Source: an uncultured Poribacteria bacterium (GTDB lineage: Bacteria; Poribacteria; WGA-4E; WGA-3G). From it: a DNA stretch of 64,000 nt. The notes under the pieces were generated by a model. The model was not told where the DNA came from, searched no databases, and saw only the letters and a list, made by a program, of their open reading frames with translations. The DNA lies in NCBI GenBank assembly GCA_951813565.1, contig OX638351.1, positions 3,872,001 through 3,936,000 of the forward strand. Direction: 5' to 3'. The position numbers and the translations under genes were made by a program. The first letter of the stretch is position 1. Every line of letters starts with the position of its first letter. Shown here one piece after another: positions 11,029 to 20,941 of the stretch.

Positions 11029-11763
11029 ATGCAAACCGAAACAAAGAGACCTACTCGTCCAGAACCGTTGGACATTCGCGAGATAGGCACACCTATTGAC
11101 GGAGAACCCCAATATAGCAACCGTCGGTTGTTCTTGCAACTCCATGTCTTTGAAGAGTGCCACGACCCAACATTCATCATTGAAATGCTTGAAAATGGTA
11201 GTCTGAACGCAGTCCTGTATGACGATCTGAATCATCCAACAGGTGTCGGAGTGCTTTTTCTGGCGGAAGATCCAGCGGCGTTAATTACAGAAACGCGTTC
11301 CTTATTACAAAAGGCACAAGAGACCTCCAACCTCGTATATCGTTCCGAAATGACAATGATTGGAAGAACCTATTCAAGCGGTAGAGAACCTAATTTAGAA
11401 GAGTGGCTCCTCAACAAACCGCGTAATAATGTTCTCAATCCCAACTTCCCTTGGGCAATCTGGTATCCTCTCCGCAGAAAATCGGAATTTTATCAACTTG
11501 AACCACGCGATCGTGGCAGAATTTTAGGTGAACACGCTATGCTCGGCAGAAGTTACGCTGCAGAGGGATATGCAAGTGATATCCGACTGGCATGCTTCGG
11601 TTTAGATACAAATGATAACGAGTTTGTTATCGGCTTGGTGGGACAAGAATTATATCCGTTATCACGACTGATACAGGATATGCGCAAAACAGAACAGACG
11701 ACTAAATATATTGAATCCCTCGGTCCCTTCTTTGTTGGAAAGGTCCGAAAGCGTTTTGCTTAG
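11029..11763 (+). CDS. Chlorite dismutase / coproheme decarboxylase family heme protein
   Basis: WYPLRRK, GEHA heme His, FGLDTNDNEF and GPFFVG motifs. Confidence 0.8.
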   Translation: MQTETKRPTRPEPLDIREIGTPIDGEPQYSNRRLFLQLHVFEECHDPTFIIEMLENGSLNAVLYDDLNHPTGVGVLFLAEDPAALITETRSLLQKAQETSNLVYRSEMTMIGRTYSSGREPNLEEWLLNKPRNNVLNPNFPWAIWYPLRRKSEFYQLEPRDRGRILGEHAMLGRSYAAEGYASDIRLACFGLDTNDNEFVIGLVGQELYPLSRLIQDMRKTEQTTKYIESLGPFFVGKVRKRFA

Positions 11764-11801
11764 CCTTACTTGTTATCCAACACAATTCCAAAAAAACAGA
11801 A

Positions 11802-12527
11802 ATGAAAAACATACTTGCTGTTTGCACGAAAGAACTTTATACATATTTTGTCTCACCGATTGCCTATTTTGTGTGTTTTGTTTTTTCTGCGATTTCGGGG
11901 TTTATTTTTTCGGGATGGTTAATCTATGCCAGTGGTAATAACTTTTCTGGTGCTTATGTGATGCAGGCGGTCTTCGGTTTTCTTGCAGTTATCCTTCTCT
12001 TTTTTACACCTGTTTTAACAATGAAACTATTCGCAGAAGAACGTAAATCTGGAACAATTGAACTGCTCCTTACCTCACCAATTACTGATGGGCAAGTCGT
12101 CTTCGGAAAATTTCTTGCAAGCTGGACCCTCCTCATTATTATGCTTTTCTTGACGCTCCTTTTTCCGATTCTTACACAACGTTTTGGTGCCTTAGATAGC
12201 GGGGTTTTACTGAGCGGCTACTTTGGTCTTATCCTGCTCAGTTCTTGCTTCCTTGCATTTGGTCTACTCATGTCGTCTATGAGCAAGAATCAAATTGTTG
12301 CTGCCCTGACAAGTTTTGGATTTTTTTTAACATTATGGGTCATAGGTTCTCTCTCTATTCGCGCCGAAGCAATTGGAAAATTTTTGAGTTACCTATCATT
12401 TCTTGACCACTATAACAATTTCGCACGCGGTGTTATCCAGCTAAAAGATGTCATCTACTATGTTAGTTTTACATGTGTCTGTCTTTTTGCAACGTTCAAA
12501 TCAATTGAGTCATCAAAATGGAGATAA
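11802..12527 (+). CDS. ABC-2 type permease (GldF-like)
   Basis: KELYTYFVSPIAY, MKLFAEERKSGTIELLLTSP, 6 TMs. Confidence 0.85.
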   Translation: MKNILAVCTKELYTYFVSPIAYFVCFVFSAISGFIFSGWLIYASGNNFSGAYVMQAVFGFLAVILLFFTPVLTMKLFAEERKSGTIELLLTSPITDGQVVFGKFLASWTLLIIMLFLTLLFPILTQRFGALDSGVLLSGYFGLILLSSCFLAFGLLMSSMSKNQIVAALTSFGFFLTLWVIGSLSIRAEAIGKFLSYLSFLDHYNNFARGVIQLKDVIYYVSFTCVCLFATFKSIESSKWR

Positions 12528-12530
12528 AGT

Positions 12531-14153
12531 ATGACTGGAAAAAACGTTGTAGGACCGTTGTTTGGATTTCTTACCTTAATCTTCTGTTTTGTCTCAATTG
12601 CAAGTCTGTTCCTAAAGGCGTGGCTGGCTTTTGCGATTTTTTTGATTCTCTGCCTAATATCGCTTGCAATTTTTGCTCGGTTGCACTTTAAAGAATTTGT
12701 ACATTTCTTTGTCAGTAGGCAGCTTCGTTATGGAACAAATGTCGCGCTGAGTATACTTGGTGTCATAGGAATAGCAGTATTTGTCAACGTTATTGTAACA
12801 CGGCAGTTCAATAAAAGAGTAGATTTAACAGAATTACGGCATCATTCGCTTTCTGAACAAACGAAGCAGATACTTAAAAAACTTGATAAGAAAGTAGATA
12901 TTACAGCGTTTTTCAGTGACGAAACCACTCAATTGGCAGTCTACGCTAAGGAGAGGTTGGAATTGTACCAACGTGAATCAAATTTTATTACCGTCTCATT
13001 CAAAAATCCTAATATTGACCCCGCACTTTTCCAAAAATATAATCTCCGGTTTGATAAAACGGTTGTCTTTGAGAGTAAGGATCGGATAGAAAAGGTGACG
13101 ATTGTTGAGGAACAAAAATTCACGAGTGCACTTCTCAAAATCATTCAAAACAAAACTAAAAAGGTTTATTTTCTAAGTGGTCATGGGGAACATGGGGTTG
13201 ACGACAGCACTAATATAAGTTATCGACAAGTAAGAGCAGAATTGGAGAAGCAAAATTATGCTGTTCTTTCACACTCTCTATTGAAGGAACCTCGGATTCC
13301 AGGAGATTGTGACGTTCTTGTCATCGCCGGTCCAACAAAACCCTTAATGCCTCAAGAAATCAAGATAATTGAACAGTACTTAGCAAAGAGCGGGAAACTT
13401 CTTTTATTACTTGATCCTTCACTCAATTCAGCAGAAGATGTTAATCGGGGACTTGTTCAACTTATGAGGAAATGGGGTGTAAAGGTGGGAAATGATTTAG
13501 TATTTGATCGCGTACATTTCTACCTTTTGTTTGAAGGCTTAGGTGGTCCAAACGTGTTAAATTTGCGGTTTGAACCGCATGATATTACTCGTCATTATTT
13601 TCAAGAACAAATTCCCTTTATTTTTTGTCGTTCGGTTACACCTTTGGAAAATATACCGAATAACCTCACCGTTAAATCCATCGTGAAAACAAAAAGCCCT
13701 AAAGGAATCAGTTGGGCAGAAACGGAACGGGAAGCGAAAGGAACTTTTAGTAGTAATGGTTATACTGCAGGAGTTGATATGCCTGGGCCTGTGTCCATAG
13801 CAATAGCAGTTGACCAGAAAATTGATGGGAACACAAAAAAAAAAGAAGCATCAACACCAACCCGTATTGTCGTATTTGGGGATTCGGACTTTGCAACAGA
13901 TACCTATTTTGCAACTGATAATCCTGATATACCTGCGTATGCGCCCCTTTTTCCTTCCATTATCAATTGGCTTACATTAGATGAAGACCTTATCGCTATT
14001 GCTCCACCTGATCCCAGTGGGCAAATCTTACGTAAGATGAATAACCATCAAAAACGTCTTGTCCAGATTGCCTCCATTTTTCTCATTCCTCTAATCGTTT
14101 TTATTGCAGGCATAGTTGTGTGGTGGCGTCGCCGCGAAGGAGGGGCAGCATGA
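12531..14153 (+). CDS. GldG-like ABC transporter auxiliary protein
   Basis: DLT..HSLS, YFLSGHGE, VVFGDSDF motifs and a C-terminal TM. Confidence 0.8.
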   Translation: MTGKNVVGPLFGFLTLIFCFVSIASLFLKAWLAFAIFLILCLISLAIFARLHFKEFVHFFVSRQLRYGTNVALSILGVIGIAVFVNVIVTRQFNKRVDLTELRHHSLSEQTKQILKKLDKKVDITAFFSDETTQLAVYAKERLELYQRESNFITVSFKNPNIDPALFQKYNLRFDKTVVFESKDRIEKVTIVEEQKFTSALLKIIQNKTKKVYFLSGHGEHGVDDSTNISYRQVRAELEKQNYAVLSHSLLKEPRIPGDCDVLVIAGPTKPLMPQEIKIIEQYLAKSGKLLLLLDPSLNSAEDVNRGLVQLMRKWGVKVGNDLVFDRVHFYLLFEGLGGPNVLNLRFEPHDITRHYFQEQIPFIFCRSVTPLENIPNNLTVKSIVKTKSPKGISWAETEREAKGTFSSNGYTAGVDMPGPVSIAIAVDQKIDGNTKKKEASTPTRIVVFGDSDFATDTYFATDNPDIPAYAPLFPSIINWLTLDEDLIAIAPPDPSGQILRKMNNHQKRLVQIASIFLIPLIVFIAGIVVWWRRREGGAA

Positions 14154-15988
14154 GTTTCCGAACAACCCTCATCATTGTTGTCATTTTGGTGGGCATAGCG
14201 GCAACATATTTTCTATTTTTCAATGAACCTGCTGAGAACACTTCGCAGAACGGTAAACCCAGAATCTCTGAAACTTACGACCTGCCCCGTGAAGACATTC
14301 AGAAAGTTAGACTTTCTTATGCAGATGATGCGTATCAAACATTGACCATAGTGAAAGATGACGAAAAAGCATGGCAGATAACAACGCCTTTTAAAGCACA
14401 CGCAGATACAGCGAAAGTTCACGAAGTTTTAGATGATTTTGTTAACAAAAAGATTAGACAGATTCTTGAAGTGTTGAAATATGACAAATACGGGTTAGAG
14501 AATCCCACTATTAAAGTTGAACTGTGGAAAGACCTTGAAGGTTCACCAAAAACGTTTCTCATAGGCAAAAAAGGACTAAACTATTCTGTTTACGCCAAAG
14601 AGAAATTGGAAGCGCATATTTTCTTGATTGAATCCAGCGCACTTGATGACTTGTCAAAATCGCCAACAGATATCCGTGACAAATCAGTGATTAAGTTCAA
14701 TCCAGATGCAATCACAGAAATTCAGTTTCAGAAACCAGAGGAATTATCTTGTCAGAAAGAAGGAAACATCTGGAAAATGACACATCCGCTATCTGTGAAT
14801 GCTGATACTGAGGAAATTGAATACATATTATCGGAATTGCATTCCTTACAGGTATCTACCTTTGAAGCAGATGGCGAAAACGTTACACCACTATTAGATA
14901 AATACGGATTAGATAAACCCCGTATCCAATTCACACTCAAAGATGAAAAGAAAAAGTATGGACTCGATATTGGGTCAGCAGTCCCGTCTACTTCTGAGCA
15001 GGATAGCACTGATAAAGGACACGTCTATGTCCAATCTGTCCATCAAGGCGGAATATACACGGTTACCGATGATCTAATCCGACTTTTCAAAAAATCGGTG
15101 TTTGACTTGCGTGATAAACGCGTGCTTGATTTTCAACGGGGAGATACAACGAAATTTGAAATTCAACGCGGTTCTCAAAAAATTGTTGGTATCAAGCTAA
15201 ATGACGATACATGGGAACTACAAGGCCCGGAAAAAGCATTGGCTGACCCACAAGCAGTGAGCGATCTTATTTTTGGCGTCGATTCACAGGAGGCAGTAGC
15301 GTTTGTTACCGATTCTGCAAAAAACCTTTCATTGTATGGATTAGAGAAACCTTCAATAAGAGTGATATTCACAATACGTGGTGAAGAAAAACCTGCCGAA
15401 CTGCTTATTGGGGACTTCGCTAAAGATGATACTGTATACGTCAAAGCCAGCAATTCGGATCAGATCACCCGTGTTAAACGTGATCTCATTGACAAAATAG
15501 CAAAAGGTGAAGCATGGCTACGAGATAAGCAAATTTTCAAATTTAGTATTGATGATCCAACTCGAGTTACTGTAAAATATAATGACGGTTCACAGGAATA
15601 TGATGGTATCCAATTCACCTGCCAACGTCTTGGGACAAATTGGCGGTTGACTTCACCTGTGAAAGAAAACGCAAAGAATGCTGAAGTAAACACAATTCTT
15701 TATGGACTGATCGATTTAAAAGCCATAGAATTTGTTGATGGAGATTTAGGCGATAAAATAAACGATTTGCCTGATACCATAACTGGTTTCAATTCGCCAC
15801 AAATACAAATTACCGTAGAATTGCGAGTTCATAAAGTTTTGACCATGCAAGTTGGTAAGGTGGATTCATTTGGACGTTACTATGCAAGGCTTCAAAACAA
15901 ACCTGAGCAAATTTTTATGCTTGATGCAGAAATAATTCCAAAACTTAAAACAAAACTTGAATGGCTCCGTACCGCAGAAGAAGAGTAA
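14150..15988 (+). CDS. DUF4340 domain protein (repeated domains)
   Basis: N-terminal TM, repeated YGLENP/YGLDKP/YGLEKP and (D/W)(I/L)RDK motifs; ATG overlaps the upstream stop; usual partner of GldF/GldG. Confidence 0.75.
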   Translation: MSFRTTLIIVVILVGIAATYFLFFNEPAENTSQNGKPRISETYDLPREDIQKVRLSYADDAYQTLTIVKDDEKAWQITTPFKAHADTAKVHEVLDDFVNKKIRQILEVLKYDKYGLENPTIKVELWKDLEGSPKTFLIGKKGLNYSVYAKEKLEAHIFLIESSALDDLSKSPTDIRDKSVIKFNPDAITEIQFQKPEELSCQKEGNIWKMTHPLSVNADTEEIEYILSELHSLQVSTFEADGENVTPLLDKYGLDKPRIQFTLKDEKKKYGLDIGSAVPSTSEQDSTDKGHVYVQSVHQGGIYTVTDDLIRLFKKSVFDLRDKRVLDFQRGDTTKFEIQRGSQKIVGIKLNDDTWELQGPEKALADPQAVSDLIFGVDSQEAVAFVTDSAKNLSLYGLEKPSIRVIFTIRGEEKPAELLIGDFAKDDTVYVKASNSDQITRVKRDLIDKIAKGEAWLRDKQIFKFSIDDPTRVTVKYNDGSQEYDGIQFTCQRLGTNWRLTSPVKENAKNAEVNTILYGLIDLKAIEFVDGDLGDKINDLPDTITGFNSPQIQITVELRVHKVLTMQVGKVDSFGRYYARLQNKPEQIFMLDAEIIPKLKTKLEWLRTAEEE

Positions 15989-16103
15989 TTCCGATACGAT
16001 TATTAACCATACATCATTCGATTGACAAGAGGAAAGAAAAGCCAACGACTGTAGATTTACTCCAGAATCTATATGTCAGTTTATCGGTTTTACATTGAAC
16101 ACT

Positions 16104-17309
16104 ATGAACACATCTTTTATCATTCTAACGACCTACTTTTTTTTCATCCTTGAGATATTATTGATTGGTCAATCCTTTTTCTATACGCGTCGTGAACGGA
16201 AGACCGAGAGACCCATATATACACCAAAAGTGGCTATAGTCGCACCGCATTACGGATGGGATGACGACACTGCGGAGCACGCAAAGAGCCTACTTGATCA
16301 GGATTACGAAGGAGACTTTCAAATCTGCTTCGTAACTCACCAAAAAGATGATTCAGGATATGATGTCTCTTACCCACATCTACAAGAACTTGTAAAGGAT
16401 GTTCCGTATGCCGATGTCCTTTTAGCACCTAACATCATTGATAACAGCTTACCACGTTCGCAAAAAGTTCAGAACCTTATGACCGTGATAGAAAGTTTAC
16501 CAGAGGATGTTGAGGTTATCGCTTTTGTAGATGCTGATGTAACAATTCAAAAGGATTGGCTCAAACTCCTTGTTACACCACTTCAGGATAAGAAAATCGG
16601 CGCGACTGTCGGTGGTAGGTTCTATTTTCCGCAAACGTGGAACTTCCCATCACTTGTTGAAGCTACCTGGGTGAACTTTCAAATGGCATTACAGGGAGAC
16701 CATTGGCTTACGATGGTATGGGGCGGGTCTAACGCCTTTCGCCGCGAATTTCTTGAAAAAGGACAGATACTGCAACGTTGGGAACAAGCAACAATTGAAG
16801 ACCTAAACACGACTCGCGCCGTACGAGATGTTAAATGTAAAATTCATTTCGTTCCTGATTGTGTTGCAGTTACACGCACATCAAACCGCACTTGGGGACA
16901 GATTTTTGAGTTTACGAACCGCCAGATGATTATGACGCGACACATGGGTTTGTGGGCACAGTGGTTTGGCAGCCTGATACTCTTTCTACCTAAAGCTGTC
17001 CTGATTGTTGGTGCAATTCCTTTTGTAGGTTCTCGCCCAGCACTCCTACCGGTCGTTTTCATACCATTTTTTGAGGTGATAAGCTATAGACTCTGTTGCC
17101 GAAACCTTCCGCAGTGGCTTCGCGATATGCCGAGGGTGCGGGACACACTTCGTATTAGTAAATACGCTGCACCGTTTTCTATATTCCTTGCGGGTATCAA
17201 CGCTTTGTACGCTGCATTTCAACGGAAGATCGTTTGGGGTGGTGTGCGATATGAAATCCTTTCTGCCACTACATGTAAGGTTTTAGGTCGGGTAAAGGAT
17301 CAAAATTAG
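16104..17309 (+). CDS. GT2 glycosyltransferase (ceramide glucosyltransferase-like)
   Basis: SQKVQNL, FVDAD, IED, RQ motifs and C-terminal IVWGGVRY. Confidence 0.75.
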   Translation: MNTSFIILTTYFFFILEILLIGQSFFYTRRERKTERPIYTPKVAIVAPHYGWDDDTAEHAKSLLDQDYEGDFQICFVTHQKDDSGYDVSYPHLQELVKDVPYADVLLAPNIIDNSLPRSQKVQNLMTVIESLPEDVEVIAFVDADVTIQKDWLKLLVTPLQDKKIGATVGGRFYFPQTWNFPSLVEATWVNFQMALQGDHWLTMVWGGSNAFRREFLEKGQILQRWEQATIEDLNTTRAVRDVKCKIHFVPDCVAVTRTSNRTWGQIFEFTNRQMIMTRHMGLWAQWFGSLILFLPKAVLIVGAIPFVGSRPALLPVVFIPFFEVISYRLCCRNLPQWLRDMPRVRDTLRISKYAAPFSIFLAGINALYAAFQRKIVWGGVRYEILSATTCKVLGRVKDQN

Positions 17310-17340
17310 GTATTTGAGATGGTCTTATCCATCTAATTTT

Positions 17341-17610
17341 ACCTAAGTTGCCACCTATGTAGCACAAACTTTTAGTTTGTGCCTATGAGGACGCAAACTA
17401 AATGAAGTTTAATTTATTAATTCGGTAATTTTGGAGAAAGATCCAGTGCGGTTGGGAAACCGCACCTACCGGGTTTGGGAAAAATTAGAATTACCGAAAT
17501 ATTTTCTTAATCTTCATAAAGTTTGCGCTACAATATTTCACGAATAATGAACTTTTTTCTATTAAAATGGCATCTCCAGGTTCTAAAATCTTATAGGTAG
17601 TAACTTGGGT
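17341..17610. mobile_element. MITE with 7-bp target duplication, carrying a nested 175-bp composite repeat
   Basis: TIR ACCTAAGTTGCCACCTAT / ATAGGTAGTAACTTGGGT (15/18); TAATTTT on both sides. Confidence 0.7.
17358..17532. repeat. 175-bp composite palindromic repeat, copy 1
   Basis: Near-identical to 55143-55317; TGTAGC...GCTACA ends with an internal ATGAAG..TTAA/TTAATCTTCAT-bounded insert. Confidence 0.9.
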
Positions 17611-17755
17611 TAATTTTGATGAAAAACCATTGTAGGAGGGAAACCTTGTAAGCCCGATTTATGTGGACTGGATGGCACTGCCAAAACTATAAAACATTCT
17701 TGCAATTTTTGCTAAAATATGTGATAGTATACAGCAGGAAAATGAGGAGTGAAAA

Positions 17756-18169
17756 ATGGGAGCAAAAAAAATAACGAAATCAGACAAAGAGTGGAAAGAA
17801 CAACTCTCACCTGAAGAATTTAAAGTGACCCGAAAAAAAGGGACTGAGCGCGCTTTTACAGGCAAATACCACGATTGCAAAGACCGAGGCACATATCATT
17901 GTATCTGTTGTGGAAGTCAGCTTTTTACCTCTGAAACAAAATACGAGTCTGGGACAGGATGGCCCAGTTTTTGGGATCCTGTTTCCCCTGATAGCATTGA
18001 GACAAAATCGGATTTTAGCATCTTTTTCATGCCGCGTACTGAAGTCGTTTGTAGTCGTTGTGATGCACATCTTGGACATGTCTTTAATGATGGACCCAAG
18101 CCAACAGGCAAACGTTACTGTCTCAATTCTGCAGCACTTACGCTCGTAAAGTCAGATGACGAATCCTAA
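17756..18169 (+). CDS. msrB: Peptide-methionine (R)-S-oxide reductase
   Basis: GTERAF, GWPSF, HLGHVF.DGP, RYCLNS. Confidence 0.97.
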   Translation: MGAKKITKSDKEWKEQLSPEEFKVTRKKGTERAFTGKYHDCKDRGTYHCICCGSQLFTSETKYESGTGWPSFWDPVSPDSIETKSDFSIFFMPRTEVVCSRCDAHLGHVFNDGPKPTGKRYCLNSAALTLVKSDDES

Positions 18170-18198
18170 TCAATTTCAAAAGGAGTATTAATGTATTA

Positions 18199-19419
18199 AT
18201 GGCATTAAGAAGTCGAATTTCATCGCGGTTTCTCGTTAACCAACTTGCAACCGCTATATCGGAAGACTGGCGAACATCACGCAAGTTCATGCGCTACCAA
18301 CTTGCTAAGGAATCTTTTAATTTGCGTCACCCATTTGGTGCAAAGCATGGCAAAGGCGATGATGTTCAGTTAGTTAGTCTCCGTATTACAGATATGTGTA
18401 ATCTGCGTTGTCATTCCTGTGGGCAGTGGGGGGACAACGGGTATCTCGTCGGGAAATCGCTCAAAGAGTTAAAACAACGTGAAGTACCTGTGGAAGTATA
18501 TAAGAACCTCGTTGATCAGGTTGTTGATGCAGGTTGGTCGCCTGTGTGGTACATCTGGGGTGGTGAACCGATGCTTTATCCGGGTATCATTGAATTGATG
18601 CACTACATCAAAGAGAAAGGGATGCCTATCTCGCTTGTTAGCAACGCGACCAACATTGCAAGACGCGCGGACGATATCTTGGAAACATGCAAAATTATCT
18701 ACCTAAGCGTTGATGGACCCAATGAGGAAATACATAATACACAGCGCCCCGGTGTTACTGAAAACTATGACAACTTCAAAGATGTTAAAGCTGCGTTGGA
18801 AACGCTTAGTGCGGAGAAAGAAAGGCGAAACCAAAATTTTCCTTATATTATTCCGCTTAGCTGTGTCACGATGTATAACATTGATGTTGTGGTAGACCTC
18901 TACAAGTTCACAAGCCAATATGCGGATGCGCAAATCTTCTATTTAACATGGTGGATAGATGCTGAATCCGCACAAGAGCATACAGAAGACTTTGAAAGAC
19001 GTTTTGGGTTCAAGCCGCAAACGCATTATGGATGGATTGGTACTTGGCACGACTTTGATCACGGTGTAATTCTGGATCGGTTTGAAGAGATGGAGGATCT
19101 CTCTGAAAAGCAGAAGCGATGCCCGCCTGTGATGATGCCGAAATTAAACTCAAAGGGTGAAATTCAAACCTATTATACTGACCATGAACAAACCTTTGGC
19201 TATAACCAATGTGTCAGCATTTTCATGACTATGGAAATTGATAGCAATGGCGATGTGAGTCTCTGCAGAGATTACCATGACTATATCATCGGTAACATCA
19301 AAGATGACAAGGTCGTTGATATGTGGAATAATCAGAAAGCGATAAAATTCCGTCAATCCATTAGCACAGATGGGCCGATGCCAGTATGTCGCCGTTGTTG
19401 CGGTTTAATGGGATATTAA
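18199..19419 (+). CDS. Radical SAM/SPASM domain protein
   Basis: CNLRCHSC, GGEP, and C-terminal SPASM/twitch cysteines (C...GDVSLC...CRRCC). Confidence 0.85.
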   Translation: MALRSRISSRFLVNQLATAISEDWRTSRKFMRYQLAKESFNLRHPFGAKHGKGDDVQLVSLRITDMCNLRCHSCGQWGDNGYLVGKSLKELKQREVPVEVYKNLVDQVVDAGWSPVWYIWGGEPMLYPGIIELMHYIKEKGMPISLVSNATNIARRADDILETCKIIYLSVDGPNEEIHNTQRPGVTENYDNFKDVKAALETLSAEKERRNQNFPYIIPLSCVTMYNIDVVVDLYKFTSQYADAQIFYLTWWIDAESAQEHTEDFERRFGFKPQTHYGWIGTWHDFDHGVILDRFEEMEDLSEKQKRCPPVMMPKLNSKGEIQTYYTDHEQTFGYNQCVSIFMTMEIDSNGDVSLCRDYHDYIIGNIKDDKVVDMWNNQKAIKFRQSISTDGPMPVCRRCCGLMGY

Positions 19420-19555
19420 TTGTTTGTGAATAATTCAAGTTAGATATGCGTTTAAAAGTAGTAGGCACGCTCAGCGTGCCGTAATAGGTTAAAAACGCAT
19501 AATCCAAAAGTGATTTATATGTATTTAGATTGACTGTAAACAATAGGAAGATTAT

Positions 19556-20419
19556 ATGAAAATAGGTTTACGTATTCCCGGCACTGCCCGTCAAATGCCT
19601 TTCGCGGATTTTTGTAAGTGGTGTGCTGATAATGGATTTGAAGCAATTGATATTGGAGAAGCAACCCCCGAAGTGGTGAAAACTGCACGGGATGCAGGCT
19701 TAGAAATTGGGACAGCAGATTTGCCCAGTACTCGCGAACTTCTCAGCGCAAAGAAATCTACACAAAAATCAGGTGCGGAAAAAGCAAAAGCAGCTATCCA
19801 AGCCGCCGCAGACAACGATGTTCATATTATGTTCTGCGTTTTTGTTCCAGAAGATGCCAGCCTCGGACGCGGCAAAAACTTTGAAATTTGGAAAGATACC
19901 GTTCCACCTATTGCAGAATTCGCTGAGTCCAAAGGCGTTACGATTGCAATAGAAGGCTGGCCCGGTGGTGCCCCTGCTTACCCTGCGCTTGGTTGTACGC
20001 CTGAAATGTGGCGTGCCATGTTCGCTGAATGTCCTTCCCCTGGTTTAGGTCTTAACTATGACCCGTCACACCTTGTTCGAATTGGTATTGACCACATCCG
20101 CGCACTCAATGAATTTGCTGCTTACGTTAAGCATGTTCACGGAAAAGATACCGCGTTTGACGAGGAAGCACTTTACCTGCACGGTAATTTGGGACCGAGT
20201 TTTCAAGGTCCCCGTGGGTTCGGTGAAGATTGGTGGCGATACACGATTCCCGGTGATGGCGTTGTGGATTGGCTCAAGGTGGTGCAGCTTCTTGAAGATG
20301 CAGACTTTGACGGTATTGTTAGCGTTGAGTTAGAAGATTACCGTTATTGGCGGACATGGGAAGCAGAATCAGAAGGACTGCTCCGTTCTCACGAATTTCT
20401 TTCCTGCTTTGTGCGGTAA
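19556..20419 (+). CDS. Sugar phosphate isomerase/epimerase (AP endonuclease 2 TIM barrel)
   Basis: NYDPSH, HVHGKD, PGDG.VDW and SVELE motifs. Confidence 0.85.
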   Translation: MKIGLRIPGTARQMPFADFCKWCADNGFEAIDIGEATPEVVKTARDAGLEIGTADLPSTRELLSAKKSTQKSGAEKAKAAIQAAADNDVHIMFCVFVPEDASLGRGKNFEIWKDTVPPIAEFAESKGVTIAIEGWPGGAPAYPALGCTPEMWRAMFAECPSPGLGLNYDPSHLVRIGIDHIRALNEFAAYVKHVHGKDTAFDEEALYLHGNLGPSFQGPRGFGEDWWRYTIPGDGVVDWLKVVQLLEDADFDGIVSVELEDYRYWRTWEAESEGLLRSHEFLSCFVR

Positions 20420-20537
20420 ATACCCTTAGTAGTTTCTTTCTTTTGGTAGGCGCGCTTTCTAAGCGCACTTTTGTTCCTTATTTATTTTGCAATATATCCG
20501 CAGATTCGATTCAGGATTAGGACACAGAGGTATACTC

Positions 20538-20741
20538 CTGAATAAACCAAAGAGTACCTATTTTGATAAAGAAGATATATTACATCTGGTGATTTCTGAC
20601 GAACCCCAAAGTGGTAGTCTGGAATTGAGTCCTAATATCACCGCTGAATTGAATGATAAAGGTGAACTTATCGGTATTGAGATTCTCAATGCAAGCACTT
20701 TCATTCAGGAAACAGTTTTAGATAAGGGGTACGTTAAATAA
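20538..20741 (+). CDS. DUF2283-domain small protein (possibly start-degenerate)
   Basis: YFDKEDILHL...ELNDKGELIGIEILNAS; the codon after a GAGG RBS is CTG rather than ATG. Confidence 0.55.
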   Translation: MNKPKSTYFDKEDILHLVISDEPQSGSLELSPNITAELNDKGELIGIEILNASTFIQETVLDKGYVK

Positions 20742-20828
20742 TTTTCACTTACCGATGTCTAAGTTTCTTAACGCTCTTCCCGTCAAATCCCCATGCTTTA
20801 GCTTGTGGGATGTAAACGGGCAAAAACC

Positions 20829-20857
20829 TTGACATTGAAATGAAACCCTGATATACT
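20829..20857 (+). promoter_or_regulatory. Sigma70-type promoter of tnpB
   Basis: TTGACA-17 bp-TATACT. Confidence 0.75.
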
Positions 20858-20941
20858 AATTAGACCGTTTCAGTGGTAGTTGTTGTAGCAGCTGCCACAC
20901 CACTACAATGGGAAACGGACTCTTCACAGAAACAGCATATC

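Noticed and set aside
11802..15988. Gliding motility / type IX secretion locus
   Set aside because: GldF/GldG/DUF4340 modules are widespread outside gliding bacteria, and no core gld/spr genes are present.
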